A DNA stretch of 64,000 nucleotides from Thiohalomonas denitrificans (GCA_020725115.1 DYFR01000018.1:11579-75578); one strand, 5' to 3'; shown: positions 42,738 to 52,858, numbered from the stretch's first letter. The notes: generated by a model from the sequence alone, not told the origin. Numbers and translations: made by a program.

Positions 42738-43298
42738 ATGAGCAAAATCATTCACCAGCAGGACATCATCGAGCGGCAGATCATCGCCATGGGCATCGCC
42801 CGCTTCGACATCGCCACCCGCAAGAAGGGCGGTTCGACCCTGACCCATGACGGTCTCTATCTCACCCAGCTCTGGGGCCTCATCGATCTGTTACGCGAAC
42901 AGAACAGTGCCGGCCAGGCCATACTGATCCGCCCCCACGGCGAACACGGCATGACCCTGCTCGGCGGGCTGAATACCGCCCGTCTCAATAAACTTAAAGT
43001 TGAAGGTTTTGAACCGGCCATCGTCGTGCAATACGGCAAGGATTTGTTCCAGGCCTGGCTCAAACACGACCGCAAACTGGATCAGGCCACCAGCGAAAAG
43101 GTGGCCAAGTGCCTGGCCGAACGCGCCGGCGTGGATGCCTCCACCACCCACTGGGACAGCTACGGCTACCTGGCCAATTTCCTCATCCCCGCCTGGCTTC
43201 AGGGCGAGGAGCAGGAGGCCTGGCTGGTGGAAGACAGCGGCAAGGTCTACAGCGCCGCGGCTGAGCTGTTGTCGAAATATTGCTTGCTCGCTGATTGA
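42738..43298 (+). CDS. RepB-primase-domain-like protein with degenerate catalytic motifs
   Basis: The pattern ILIRPHGEHGMTLLGGL...FQAWLK...GYLANF resembles the RSF1010 RepB' primase core. GGL stands where DDL is expected, and there is no TSPxNxQ motif. Confidence 0.45.
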   Translation: MSKIIHQQDIIERQIIAMGIARFDIATRKKGGSTLTHDGLYLTQLWGLIDLLREQNSAGQAILIRPHGEHGMTLLGGLNTARLNKLKVEGFEPAIVVQYGKDLFQAWLKHDRKLDQATSEKVAKCLAERAGVDASTTHWDSYGYLANFLIPAWLQGEEQEAWLVEDSGKVYSAAAELLSKYCLLAD

Positions 43299-43681
43299 CA
43301 GCCGTCCCCCTGTGACACGCTGCGTAGCGATCCCTGCCGGGACTCGGCAAGGCGAGATATCTCTGCAGCCACCTCATGAAATCTCTCTAAATCTTGTGTA
43401 GGTAAAAATCTACGCCGCATCCCTGCCGCTGCTCACGGCCGTACGGGCATCAACTTCCCGGTGAAAATGAAAACTGAGTTATGTCTTTGTTTTCATGCGC
43501 CAAATTGGAAGCATGGGGTAGTGGTTTTGTATTCCTTACTGCTACACTTTTCTCCGTCCTCAGCATAAGCAGCGGCCTTAGTTATACGGAACACAACTGA
43601 TGCGGGTGTGGCGCGGTTGTCCCGCCTTGCTTGACGCACACTCGCTGTGCTGGAAATGGAATTTGATATAGAGGGAGCTAA

Positions 43682-46600
43682 GTGACGGACAGTATTCGTT
43701 CTGACAACCGACACTCCATCACTGCGGGCGCACAGGCGCCGCGCGTGAATTCTGATGGCAGCCCAGCGGCGACGGATCGGCTTGCGGTACGCATCGTACT
43801 GATTGCGCTGGTCTATGCCGCACTGGCCTTTGCCGGGCTGTCGCTGGTTACCCCGTCTGGTTATACCTCGCCGCTGTGGCCCGCCGCCGGTTTTGCGCTG
43901 GCCGTCATTCTGATGTGCGGTTTCCGTTGCTGGCCCGGCATCTGGCTGGGCGCCTTTGTCGTTGACCTTTCGCTGGATGTCTCATGGTCGGGTGCCGTCG
44001 TCGCCGGACTGCTGGCGATGGGCACGACGCTGCAGGCGCTGCTCGGCGCACATCTGACCCGGCGCTTTCTCGCCGTCACCAATCCCCTTGCCCGGGAACA
44101 CGATGTCTGGCGCTTCCTGATCCTGGCCGGGCCGGTGGCCTGTCTGCTTGCCGCTACCGTCGGCGCACTGGTGTTATCTCTGTTCGATCGCATGACGGCC
44201 GGGGATGTCCAGGCGCAATGGCTGTTGTGGTGGACCGGCGATACCCTGGGGGTGCTGCTGTTTACCCCGCTGGTGCTCCTGGTCTGGCCCGGTTCCCGCT
44301 CCCTCTGGCCGCGTGGGGGCGAACGTGTGGCATTGCCGCTGCTGGTGACGGCGGTGCTGATGGGGGCCGGCCATGTGGGACTTGCCCATCTGGAGGCGAG
44401 CAAGGCCAAGGCCGAGGCGGACAAACTGATGGAGGATGTGTACGAAAACGGCGCGCACTCCCTGTCGATACTGTTAGAGCCGTTGCGGAGCCTGGAGCGG
44501 TTTTTCGTCGCCAGCGATGAAGTCACGCGCGAGGAATATGCCATCTTCACTGCCGGAGTCACCAAGCATGAAGGCCTGGTCTCCGTTGACTGGGCGCCCC
44601 GCGTGCCGGCGGCACAGCGTGCGACCTTCGAGAAGGCACAACGCAGCGACGGCCAGCCGGATTACCGAGTCTTCGAGCTGGATGCCGAACGGCAGCCGCA
44701 TCCCCTTGCGGAACGTAGCGTATATTTCCCGGTGCGCTGTACTGCGCCCGTGGCAGGCAACGAGGCAGTTATCGGCCTCGATCACGGATTCGAGGAACCC
44801 CGCCGCAGGGCAATGGCCCATGCCGCGGAAACCGGCGACATCGTAACCGCCTCGGTCGTCCCCTTGCTGCGCACCCAGCGCCATACGCTGCTCGCCTTCC
44901 AGGCGGTATATCCGCACGATTTTGATGCAAAGGCTGCATCTGCGACAGCACGAGAGTCTGCGCTGCAAGGGTTTATTGTCGGGGTCTTCGATATCGACAC
45001 CCTGTTCGCGTCGTTGGCACGGGGCGCTGCAAACCATCACATCGCATTCCGCATTACCGATGTCACGCCCGGCGATGCGCCGCATGTCCTGGCGGGAAAT
45101 CTGGCGGCGGATACTGTTGTGGAGTGGGGACGAACGATTCAATTCACCAATCGCTACTGGTTGCTGGAGATGCACCCGTTCGATGGTTACTGGCACCCAG
45201 GGGCCACCCTGCAATCGCGCATCTACTTCGGCTTCTCGGTATTGGCGGCGCTGCTCATTGCGTTCTCGGTCTTGAGTGCCGCCGGCCGGCAGGCAGCCAC
45301 CGAAGCCGTAGTGGTCGCCCGTACGGCGGAGCTGGAGGATGAACTGGATGCGCGTCTCGTGGCGGAGGCCGCCCTGCGGGAGAGCGAAAGCGATCTCGAT
45401 ATTACGCTTCACTCCATCGGTGACGCCGTGCTTGCCACCGATGCCGGCGGGCGCGTCACCCGCATGAACCCCATCGCGGAAAACCTTACGGGATGGCCGC
45501 TGGAGGAAGCGATGGGCCGTCCCATCGATGAGGTGTTTCACATCATCAACGAAGAGACGCGTCTGCCGTCTCCCATTCCGGTGGAGAAGGTATTGCGCAC
45601 GGGCGAAATTCACGGCCTGGCCAATCATACCGTGATTATTTCGCGCGACGGTCGCGAGTTCCACATCGCCGACAGTGCCGCTCCCATCCGCGATCAGGAC
45701 GGCAATATCCGGGGCGTGGTACTGGTGTTCCGCGATGTCGGCAAGGAGCGTGAGGCCGAGCGTGCCCTGCTGGCCAGCGAGGCGCGCTACCGTGAACTCA
45801 TCGACTATTCGCCCCTGGGGATATTCATTCAATGTGGCGGCAGCTTCGTGTTCATGAACCCCAAGGCCGTCAATCTCCTCGGTGCGCGTTCGGCGGACGA
45901 ACTCATCGGCAAGAAGGTACTGGATTTTATCCACCCGGACAGCCGGGATGCAGTGAGTGCACGGATACGTCTCCTCAATAACGACCACAAGGCAGTGCCT
46001 CCGCTGGAGGAAACCTGGTTGCGTCTCGATGGAGCGGATTTCTGCGGCGAGGCTACCGCAGTACCCTATCTGCACGAAGGCAAGCCGGGTGCGCTGGTGC
46101 TGTTGCAGGACGTATCATCCCGCAAGGAGGCGGAAGAGTTGCTGAAGCAGGCCCGCCTCGACGCCGAGCAGGCCAATCGCGCCAAATCCGCCTTTCTGGC
46201 CACCATGAGCCATGAGATCCGTACGCCGATGAACGGCGTTATCGGCATGGTGGAGATACTGTCTCAAAGCCGCCTGTCCGCTCATCAAACCGAGCTGGTC
46301 AATACCATTCGCGAGTCGGCAACCGCGCTGCTGGGCATCATTGACGACATTCTGGATTTCTCCAAGATCGAGGCCGGCCGGCTGGAGATTGAGCATATCC
46401 CCGTTTCCGTACCGGACCTCGTCGAAGGATTGTGCAATTCGCTGGTGCCGGTCGCCGCCGCAAAAGGGGTTGCGCTGAATCTGTTCATTTCGCCACGCAT
46501 TCCACCGCGGCTGCTGTCGGATGACGTCCGCCTGCGCCAGCTGCTGTACAACCTGGTCGGTAATGCCATCAAGTTTTCCGCCGGCAATCCGCAACGGCCC

Positions 46601-48145
46601 GGCGCCGTGTCCATCAGGGTCGACATCGAGACTGAGAACAAGACGCTATTTTTCCTGTCGTTCCGTGTTGCCGACAACGGTATCGGCATGAAACAGGAAA
46701 CGCTGGAAAACCTCTTCACGCCATTCACCCAGGCCGAGGTATCGACCACGCGCCGTTTTGGCGGAACGGGCTTGGGGCTGGCCATCTGCCAGCGGCTGGT
46801 GGATTTGATGGATGGCGACATCTCTGCAGAAAGCGTCCTGGACAAGGGTTCGGTGTTCACCGTAATACTTCCGTTCGAGAGTCTCGGGGAACAGCCGGAG
46901 GCCGCCGCCGTTCCGTTGGACGGTCTCGACTGCATCCTGGTAGAGAATGAACGGTTTAGTGCCTCTGATTTGCGTATCTACCTCGAGCATGCCGGTGCGA
47001 AGGTTGTCGTTGTGGATGACATTGACATGGCTGCACGCCTCGCTTCCGAGGGTGGGGGTTCGGCCGTCGTGATCCAGTATGCCGGGCGCCAGGAGCCGGA
47101 GGGGCTGGCCAGATTTGCTTCACTGCCCAACGTGCGCCACCTCTGGATAACCAAGGGACGGCGCCGGCGGGCACGGGTAGAAAAATCAGATGTGGTTACC
47201 CTGGACGGCGATGCATTGCGCCGGCACGCCCTGCTGCGCGCCGTGGCCGTTGCCGCCGGCCGGGCCTCCCCGGAAGTATTCCACGATCACAACGAAGATG
47301 ATTTCACCCGCGAGGCAGCCGTCACGCCGCCGACGGTGGCCGAGGCCCGTTCGCAGGGGCGGCTGATTCTGATCGCCGAAGACGACGATCTCAATCAGCG
47401 CGTCATCCTGCAGCAACTCCGCCTGCTCGGCTATGCCGGCGAGGTGGCTGCAAACGGCGCGGAGGCGCTGCGGCTGTGGCGGGAAGGGAATTATGCCCTG
47501 CTGTTGACGGACCTGCATATGCCGGAAATGGACGGCTATTCCCTGGCACAGATCATTCGACAGGAGGAGCGGGGCGCACACCGCCTGCCCATTATCGCGC
47601 TGACGGCCAACGCCCTGCGGGGCGAGGAGAATCGGGCCAAAGCGGTGGGGATGGACGCCTACCTGACCAAGCCCGTGCCGCTCAAGAAGCTCCGCACGAC
47701 GCTGGAGGAGTGGTTGTCTCGATCATCGTCGGACATGACCGCGGATACGGTGACGCCAGAGGAGAGAGTGCCGCGTGCGGGGCAACTGGTCGATGTGAGT
47801 TTGCTGAAGCAGTTGGTCGGAGAGGATCAGGCGACGGTGCATGAATTCCTCGCTGAATATCTGAAATCTGCTGGAAAGCTGTTGCAGGAGATACGGGCGG
47901 CCCATGCGGCAGGCGACATACGTCACGTCAGCGCCGTCGCCCATAAGCTCAAGTCGTCCTCCCGTTCGGTGGGGGCCCTGGTACTGGGCGACCTCTGTGC
48001 GGGGATGGAGAATGCGGGGAAAGAGGGGGATCGGACATTCATCGCCGAGCAGATGCAGGAGCTTGAATCAACCTGGTCGGCGGTGGAGCAGGAAATTTGT
48101 TATCTGTTGTCAGATGAGAATAAGAAACCAAAGGAGCAGGTATGA
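43682..48145 (+). CDS. hybrid sensor histidine kinase (MASE1-CHASE-PAS-PAS-HisKA-HATPase-pseudoREC-REC-Hpt)
   Basis: GAGGGAG SD and GTG start. N-terminal multi-TM region, H-box SHEIRTPMNG, G-boxes DNGIGM and GGTGLGL, receiver with DLHMPEMDG, and C-terminal Hpt AHKLKSSS. Confidence 0.9.
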   Translation: MTDSIRSDNRHSITAGAQAPRVNSDGSPAATDRLAVRIVLIALVYAALAFAGLSLVTPSGYTSPLWPAAGFALAVILMCGFRCWPGIWLGAFVVDLSLDVSWSGAVVAGLLAMGTTLQALLGAHLTRRFLAVTNPLAREHDVWRFLILAGPVACLLAATVGALVLSLFDRMTAGDVQAQWLLWWTGDTLGVLLFTPLVLLVWPGSRSLWPRGGERVALPLLVTAVLMGAGHVGLAHLEASKAKAEADKLMEDVYENGAHSLSILLEPLRSLERFFVASDEVTREEYAIFTAGVTKHEGLVSVDWAPRVPAAQRATFEKAQRSDGQPDYRVFELDAERQPHPLAERSVYFPVRCTAPVAGNEAVIGLDHGFEEPRRRAMAHAAETGDIVTASVVPLLRTQRHTLLAFQAVYPHDFDAKAASATARESALQGFIVGVFDIDTLFASLARGAANHHIAFRITDVTPGDAPHVLAGNLAADTVVEWGRTIQFTNRYWLLEMHPFDGYWHPGATLQSRIYFGFSVLAALLIAFSVLSAAGRQAATEAVVVARTAELEDELDARLVAEAALRESESDLDITLHSIGDAVLATDAGGRVTRMNPIAENLTGWPLEEAMGRPIDEVFHIINEETRLPSPIPVEKVLRTGEIHGLANHTVIISRDGREFHIADSAAPIRDQDGNIRGVVLVFRDVGKEREAERALLASEARYRELIDYSPLGIFIQCGGSFVFMNPKAVNLLGARSADELIGKKVLDFIHPDSRDAVSARIRLLNNDHKAVPPLEETWLRLDGADFCGEATAVPYLHEGKPGALVLLQDVSSRKEAEELLKQARLDAEQANRAKSAFLATMSHEIRTPMNGVIGMVEILSQSRLSAHQTELVNTIRESATALLGIIDDILDFSKIEAGRLEIEHIPVSVPDLVEGLCNSLVPVAAAKGVALNLFISPRIPPRLLSDDVRLRQLLYNLVGNAIKFSAGNPQRPGAVSIRVDIETENKTLFFLSFRVADNGIGMKQETLENLFTPFTQAEVSTTRRFGGTGLGLAICQRLVDLMDGDISAESVLDKGSVFTVILPFESLGEQPEAAAVPLDGLDCILVENERFSASDLRIYLEHAGAKVVVVDDIDMAARLASEGGGSAVVIQYAGRQEPEGLARFASLPNVRHLWITKGRRRRARVEKSDVVTLDGDALRRHALLRAVAVAAGRASPEVFHDHNEDDFTREAAVTPPTVAEARSQGRLILIAEDDDLNQRVILQQLRLLGYAGEVAANGAEALRLWREGNYALLLTDLHMPEMDGYSLAQIIRQEERGAHRLPIIALTANALRGEENRAKAVGMDAYLTKPVPLKKLRTTLEEWLSRSSSDMTADTVTPEERVPRAGQLVDVSLLKQLVGEDQATVHEFLAEYLKSAGKLLQEIRAAHAAGDIRHVSAVAHKLKSSSRSVGALVLGDLCAGMENAGKEGDRTFIAEQMQELESTWSAVEQEICYLLSDENKKPKEQV

Positions 48146-49335
48146 GAGTCCTTCTGATCGATGATGAACCCTTTGTGCTGAAGCTGCTTGCGCGACAACT
48201 TGCCAATCTTGGATTTGAACAGGTTGTCGCGATGGAGCACCCGCATGATGCGCTGGCGATGCTTGAGTCGGATCCAGGCGCATTCGATGTGGTATTTCTG
48301 GATTTGCAGATGCCCGACATGGATGGCGTCGAATTTGTGCGCCATCTCGTGCGCATCCAGTATCCCGGTGGTCTGGTGTTGTTCAGCGGCCAAGATCAGC
48401 GAATTTTGCATACGGTGGAGAAACTGGCCAATGCGCACCGGCTGCACGTGTTGGGTGCTCTTCATAAACCAGTCAATCCCGAAAAACTCAAGAAAGTCAT
48501 CGAAACGGCGCCACCGTGCCACGAGCGGGCTGCACGAAAAATCTATGCGCCCGACGAGCTGAGGCAAGCCATCCACAATAACGAGTTGTTCAATCATTAT
48601 CAGCCCCAGGTCGAGCTGGGCTCCGGCCGTGTCGTCGGTATGGAGGCCTTGGTGCGGTGGCAGCATCCGGACGACGGCCTCGTCTATCCGGACCAATTTG
48701 TCGGCATGGCGGAAGAACATGGCTTGATTGATGACCTGACGCGAACCGTTCTTGCCAACGCGCTTGAACAGGCGCGACAGTGGCATGACGCCGGCATGGG
48801 CCTTCAGGTGGCCGTGAATGTCTCCATGGATAATCTGGTAGCGCTGGATTTTGCCGATTATGTTGCCCATGAGGTCGAAAGGGCTGGCATTCCCCTCGCC
48901 AGCATCATGTTGGAGGTGACGGAAAGCCGCCTCATGAAGAACCCGCTGACGCCATTGGATATCCTCACAAGGCTGCGGTTGAAGCATATCGGTCTATCCA
49001 TTGATGATTTTGGCACCGGTCACTCATCCCTGGCGCAGTTGCGTGACATTCCCTTCGATGAGCTCAAGGTGGATCGGGGCTTTGTTCATGGCGCCCATGA
49101 CTATGCCCCCCTGCGGGCCATCGTCGAGGCCAGCCTCGGGATGGCGCAACACCTGGGAATGAAAACCGTGGCCGAGGGCGTCGAAACTCAGCAGGACTGG
49201 GATTTTCTGCGCGGCACGGGCTGTGATCTGGCGCAGGGTTACTTCATCGCAAAACCCATGCCTGCCGCTGCCGTGGTGGACTGGATGCCGGGATGGGAGT
49301 CCAGACAGCCGACACTCATCAAGAAAAAGTCATGA
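48142..49335 (+). CDS. response regulator with EAL c-di-GMP phosphodiesterase domain
   Basis: REC (LLIDDE, DLQMPDMDG) plus EAL (EALVRW, DDFGTGHSSL). ATGA overlap with the kinase gene. Confidence 0.9.
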   Translation: MRVLLIDDEPFVLKLLARQLANLGFEQVVAMEHPHDALAMLESDPGAFDVVFLDLQMPDMDGVEFVRHLVRIQYPGGLVLFSGQDQRILHTVEKLANAHRLHVLGALHKPVNPEKLKKVIETAPPCHERAARKIYAPDELRQAIHNNELFNHYQPQVELGSGRVVGMEALVRWQHPDDGLVYPDQFVGMAEEHGLIDDLTRTVLANALEQARQWHDAGMGLQVAVNVSMDNLVALDFADYVAHEVERAGIPLASIMLEVTESRLMKNPLTPLDILTRLRLKHIGLSIDDFGTGHSSLAQLRDIPFDELKVDRGFVHGAHDYAPLRAIVEASLGMAQHLGMKTVAEGVETQQDWDFLRGTGCDLAQGYFIAKPMPAAAVVDWMPGWESRQPTLIKKKS

Positions 49336-50489
49336 ACAGCACAGCAGTCATTCTTATCGCAACCGACGTGGTATCCGATGCGGAACTGGTCCGCAAACTG
49401 CTGCGGGATGAGTTCGACAATATTGCTCTCTCCACTGATGCAAACATGGCCGTGACGGATTTTGAGGGCCATCGGCCGGACGTACTGGTTCTTGCATTCA
49501 ACACGCTGGAGAAGGCCGAGCGCTACTATCTCGGCCTGTATCGCCTGAGCGACAAAATCCACGCCATGCCGCACCGGACGCTGATACTGTGCAACAAGGA
49601 CGATCTGAAACGGGTGTATGAGTTGTGCAAAAGGGAATATTTCGACGACTACATCCTGTTCTGGCCCATCCCCAACGATGCCTTGCGGCTGCCCATGACG
49701 GTTCACCACGCGCTGCGCCAGATCACCAGTGAGGCCGCCCCGACGGCGGGACAGCTCGCGGCCCAGGCCAGGCGCCTGTCCGAACTGGAAGGCCTGCTTG
49801 AGCATCACTCGGTCACCGGAGGGCAGCGGGCCGAGCAGGCGAGCAATACCGTACGGCAGGCGGAGGCGGAAGTTCTCGCCGCCATTGACAAGTTCTATTC
49901 CAGCCTCACGACAGGTGGCATAGAGGCAATGGTGGATGTGCGGGATGCCGCCGGCCTGCAACAGGAGTTAACCCGCCTCAAGAACACAGGCATTGCGAAA
50001 TCATTTCAATCGGTGGATGCCGCGGTCAGGCCAGTGCGTCAATGGGCAGAGGGCCTGAAGGCCGACCTGGCGCCGCAGCTAGAATCCACACGAGCACTCC
50101 AGCAACTGGCGAGCAAGGTGCGCCCCGTGGTGCTGGTCGTCGAGGATGATGAATACCAGCACAAGCTGCTTGCCCAGATACTGACAGACGAGAACCTGGA
50201 ACTTGTTTTCGTCACGAATGGCGCCGAGGCATTGAGCGTACTGAGACGCCGCAGGCCGGATCTCATCCTGATGGACATCAACCTGCCCGGAGATAACGGA
50301 GTCGAAGTGACCCGTCGCATCAAGTCGGTCGAAAAGTTCGCCGATATCCCGGTCGTCATGATCACGGGCAAGGGCGCAAAAACCATCGTGATCGACAGCC
50401 TGAAGGCCGGGGCGGTTGATTTCATCGTCAAGCCATTCAGCAAAACCACGCTGGCCACAAAAATACGCAAGATACTGGCGGGGGCGTGA
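49332..50489 (+). CDS. two-domain response regulator (N-terminal pseudo-receiver, coiled coil, C-terminal REC)
   Basis: The C-terminal REC has VVEDDE, DINLPGDNG and KP. The N-terminal REC-like fold has Ala where the phospho-Asp is expected (LVLAFN). ATGA overlap at 49332. Confidence 0.8.
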   Translation: MNSTAVILIATDVVSDAELVRKLLRDEFDNIALSTDANMAVTDFEGHRPDVLVLAFNTLEKAERYYLGLYRLSDKIHAMPHRTLILCNKDDLKRVYELCKREYFDDYILFWPIPNDALRLPMTVHHALRQITSEAAPTAGQLAAQARRLSELEGLLEHHSVTGGQRAEQASNTVRQAEAEVLAAIDKFYSSLTTGGIEAMVDVRDAAGLQQELTRLKNTGIAKSFQSVDAAVRPVRQWAEGLKADLAPQLESTRALQQLASKVRPVVLVVEDDEYQHKLLAQILTDENLELVFVTNGAEALSVLRRRRPDLILMDINLPGDNGVEVTRRIKSVEKFADIPVVMITGKGAKTIVIDSLKAGAVDFIVKPFSKTTLATKIRKILAGA

Positions 50490-50789
50490 TCCCTGGTCTC
50501 ATTGTGCGGAACAGTGCACCAGCATGGGGCGGCGGGCACACGCCAGCAGCGGACATTGCCCGATGCCTCAAGGCGCCTGTAGTCCAATTCCTACAGACAG
50601 GCATAAGGCATACTGGTAGTGTCTGTGCTAATGGGTAACGGTTAGGTGAGAATGTGCCGATAACCTATTGTGGCCGTTGATAAAAACGCCGCCCCCATGG
50701 CAGGCATGCAAATGTGATAGGCCGCAGCGTTGCTAAAAGTATTAATGCGGCGTCAGTCTAAATAACTGTTATGTGTCAAAGGAGTAAGC

Positions 50790-51149
50790 ATGAAGCACAG
50801 CCTCATATTGGTTGCCTTAAATCAAGAGCAAATTAGTAAAGCAAAAGAAGTCAATGGAAACAGAAAGCAGATCACGCATGCATTGATCTGCGGGCCGTTT
50901 GGGCAGATATTTGGGACAGAAAAGCAATGCATGAAATACTATTCTGCATGGATTGAGGTATTTCCTCTGTTATTCGATAAAGGAATTGAAACTGATTCCC
51001 ATGAGATATCGGACTACAGAAGCACCTTTAATTTGGTTAATAAGCTAATTTCGGCTCACGATCCATTGGAATCAACTAATGACACCCTTATGCAGGGTCG
51101 TCGAAATCAAAAAGAAAAGAAAAGTATTTTTTCCTGGTTGTTCGGATAG
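50790..51149 (+). CDS. hypothetical protein (cassette 1, ORF A)
   Basis: GGAG SD 5 nt before the ATG, which lies 21 nt after the cassette boundary. 119 aa with no recognisable motif. Confidence 0.6.
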   Translation: MKHSLILVALNQEQISKAKEVNGNRKQITHALICGPFGQIFGTEKQCMKYYSAWIEVFPLLFDKGIETDSHEISDYRSTFNLVNKLISAHDPLESTNDTLMQGRRNQKEKKSIFSWLFG

Positions 51150-51163
51150 ATACAAGCATTGAA

Positions 51164-51212
51164 CCATTTGCCATTTGCCATTTGCCATTTGCCATTTGCC
51201 ATTTGCCATTTG
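51164..51212. repeat. perfect heptanucleotide tandem repeat (CCATTTG)x7
   Basis: Read directly. Seven identical units, intergenic, ending 48 bp upstream of the lipoprotein ATG. Confidence 0.97.
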
Positions 51213-51260
51213 CTAAGCGATTTTTGCGGAAATGGCATGGAACAAAATTAAGGATTAGTG

Positions 51261-52343
51261 ATGCGATACACGATAATTATTTTGGTTGCACTACTTGCTG
51301 GGTGTGAAACGGTTGGCTCTCTTGTTAAGCCACAAAAAAGTGCGGATGAACGGTTTGCTGAAAGGGTTAAGCAGTGGTCAGATTCGCAAATTCAAACGAT
51401 GCTGGCTGATTTTGATTCTGGCTTGCCATTGGTGAGCGGCGATAAAGTTACGTTTATACCCTCAGATAAAGCGCCAGAAGTTTATAAAAAAACGGATTCT
51501 GAACTGCTAAGGCTGAGAGCGGGTCTGGCGAGTAACGAGAAAAATATGGGTGAGTTGAAAAGTATTCATGATGTTAGTCGCGCTACATCTTCTGACTTAG
51601 ACAAGACCCGATCTTGGTTTGAGTCGGAGCTTTCGAAATATTCGAATGATTTTCATGCGGCTGTAGTGCAGCAAAGTACTGCGGGACGAATGAGTTTTGA
51701 TGGTTCTGCATACACAACGGAAAACTTGCTGAGTTATTGCGAGTCACATGGCATACGGCAGGGACACTGCAAGTCAGAGCCGTACAATAGGGACGGCAAT
51801 GCTATTGCCGTAATTATTCTCTCTAAGAGTTTTATGCGAAATCACCCGGAGTATCGCGACTATTTTGAGTGGGTATCTCGCGAAAAAGAATCATTTGATA
51901 AGATTGCTGATGATGCTGCAAAACTAGGCACTGAATACGAATCAAAAATGTTTTTGAAGAAAGCGTCATCAAGTGGGTGCAAAAATATGTCTCGCATAAA
52001 CTTTATAGACAACCTTCCACTTGCCGCTCAGGTTGGTTACTCCAACTTTCGTCCCGAAAAAACATCGGTATATGATTTGGGTCACTTCAAAGTGCTGCAA
52101 ACACAATCGGATGGTGTTCTGTTGTCAACCACATACCCAGGCAGCCATAACGTTCCGCTTATATACGCCTACACGCAAAAGAAGTATACGGACGGGCATA
52201 CGTTCCAACCAGGAGAGCAACTTGCTTGTGTTGCAGGCGCGAAAGAGTATGTCTCAATTCTTGGGGTAAAAAAGCGTGTAATTTCATTCCGCACTATAAA
52301 CGACAACAATAAGTACTATTTCTTTTTGAAAACACAAGAATAA
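51261..52343 (+). CDS. lipoprotein, unknown function (cassette 1, ORF B)
   Basis: MRYTIIILVALLAGC lipobox and an AAGGA SD. 360 aa with no recognisable domain. Confidence 0.7.
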   Translation: MRYTIIILVALLAGCETVGSLVKPQKSADERFAERVKQWSDSQIQTMLADFDSGLPLVSGDKVTFIPSDKAPEVYKKTDSELLRLRAGLASNEKNMGELKSIHDVSRATSSDLDKTRSWFESELSKYSNDFHAAVVQQSTAGRMSFDGSAYTTENLLSYCESHGIRQGHCKSEPYNRDGNAIAVIILSKSFMRNHPEYRDYFEWVSREKESFDKIADDAAKLGTEYESKMFLKKASSSGCKNMSRINFIDNLPLAAQVGYSNFRPEKTSVYDLGHFKVLQTQSDGVLLSTTYPGSHNVPLIYAYTQKKYTDGHTFQPGEQLACVAGAKEYVSILGVKKRVISFRTINDNNKYYFFLKTQE

Positions 52344-52858
52344 TGTGTGCGGGAGGCTCGGTGGGAAATCTTAATCTTGATGACGCACTTGGATTCTTCC
52401 GGGAGTTAGTAGATCCTAATTTCTGTGAGTTTTACTGGGACTATCAATCTGACGAAGAGTGTGGAAGAGACAAGCTGGTCCGAGTATTTAGAAAGATGGT
52501 TAATCTTTGCCTGACGCTCAATCATCAGGCAGACAAGGTGGCCCACAAGCTTCAGTATAAATGTGCTCGCGCGCTAATAGTAGAGGTTACCAAACATTAT
52601 CCATCTGAAGGGGCCGCGCTAAATGCAGTTAGGGAATTCTCAAACGACATTAAACACAAATCCAAGCTTGATCAAAATTATACAACAAGAAAAAGAGGGC
52701 TCAATGACCAGCCGCAAGCTGGCTCAGACTTACCTGAGTGGTACTTTGTTTCAAAAAATGGAGAAAGAATTGCTGTGTGTGATGGCACTGTCGATGCCTA
52801 CCTATTTTGGGGAAAATGGTTTGCTGGAGAGCGTGAACTTTTACAAAAAAACACATAA
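52343..52858 (+). CDS. hypothetical cytoplasmic protein (cassette 1, ORF C)
   Basis: The start overlaps the ORF B stop (TAATG). 171 aa. The stop codon lies inside the attC inverse core. Confidence 0.65.
   Translation: MCAGGSVGNLNLDDALGFFRELVDPNFCEFYWDYQSDEECGRDKLVRVFRKMVNLCLTLNHQADKVAHKLQYKCARALIVEVTKHYPSEGAALNAVREFSNDIKHKSKLDQNYTTRKRGLNDQPQAGSDLPEWYFVSKNGERIAVCDGTVDAYLFWGKWFAGERELLQKNT

Noticed and set aside
50490-50767. Search for intI remnant, attI, or additional ORF-less cassettes left of the array (GTTAGGT at 50641, GATAACC at 50660)
   Set aside because: There is no matching inverse-core partner, only weak arm symmetry, and no integrase-like reading frame. The left boundary is left unresolved.
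51164-51212. CRISPR array
   Set aside because: The only tandem repeat in the window has a 7-bp unit with no spacers. I saw no 25-40-bp repeat/spacer pattern and no cas genes anywhere in the window.
51150-51260. Possible attC site between cassette ORFs A and B, which would split cassette 1
   Set aside because: There is no RYYYAAC inverse core or GTTRRRY core on either strand. The only symmetry is between the heptamer repeat and its right flank.
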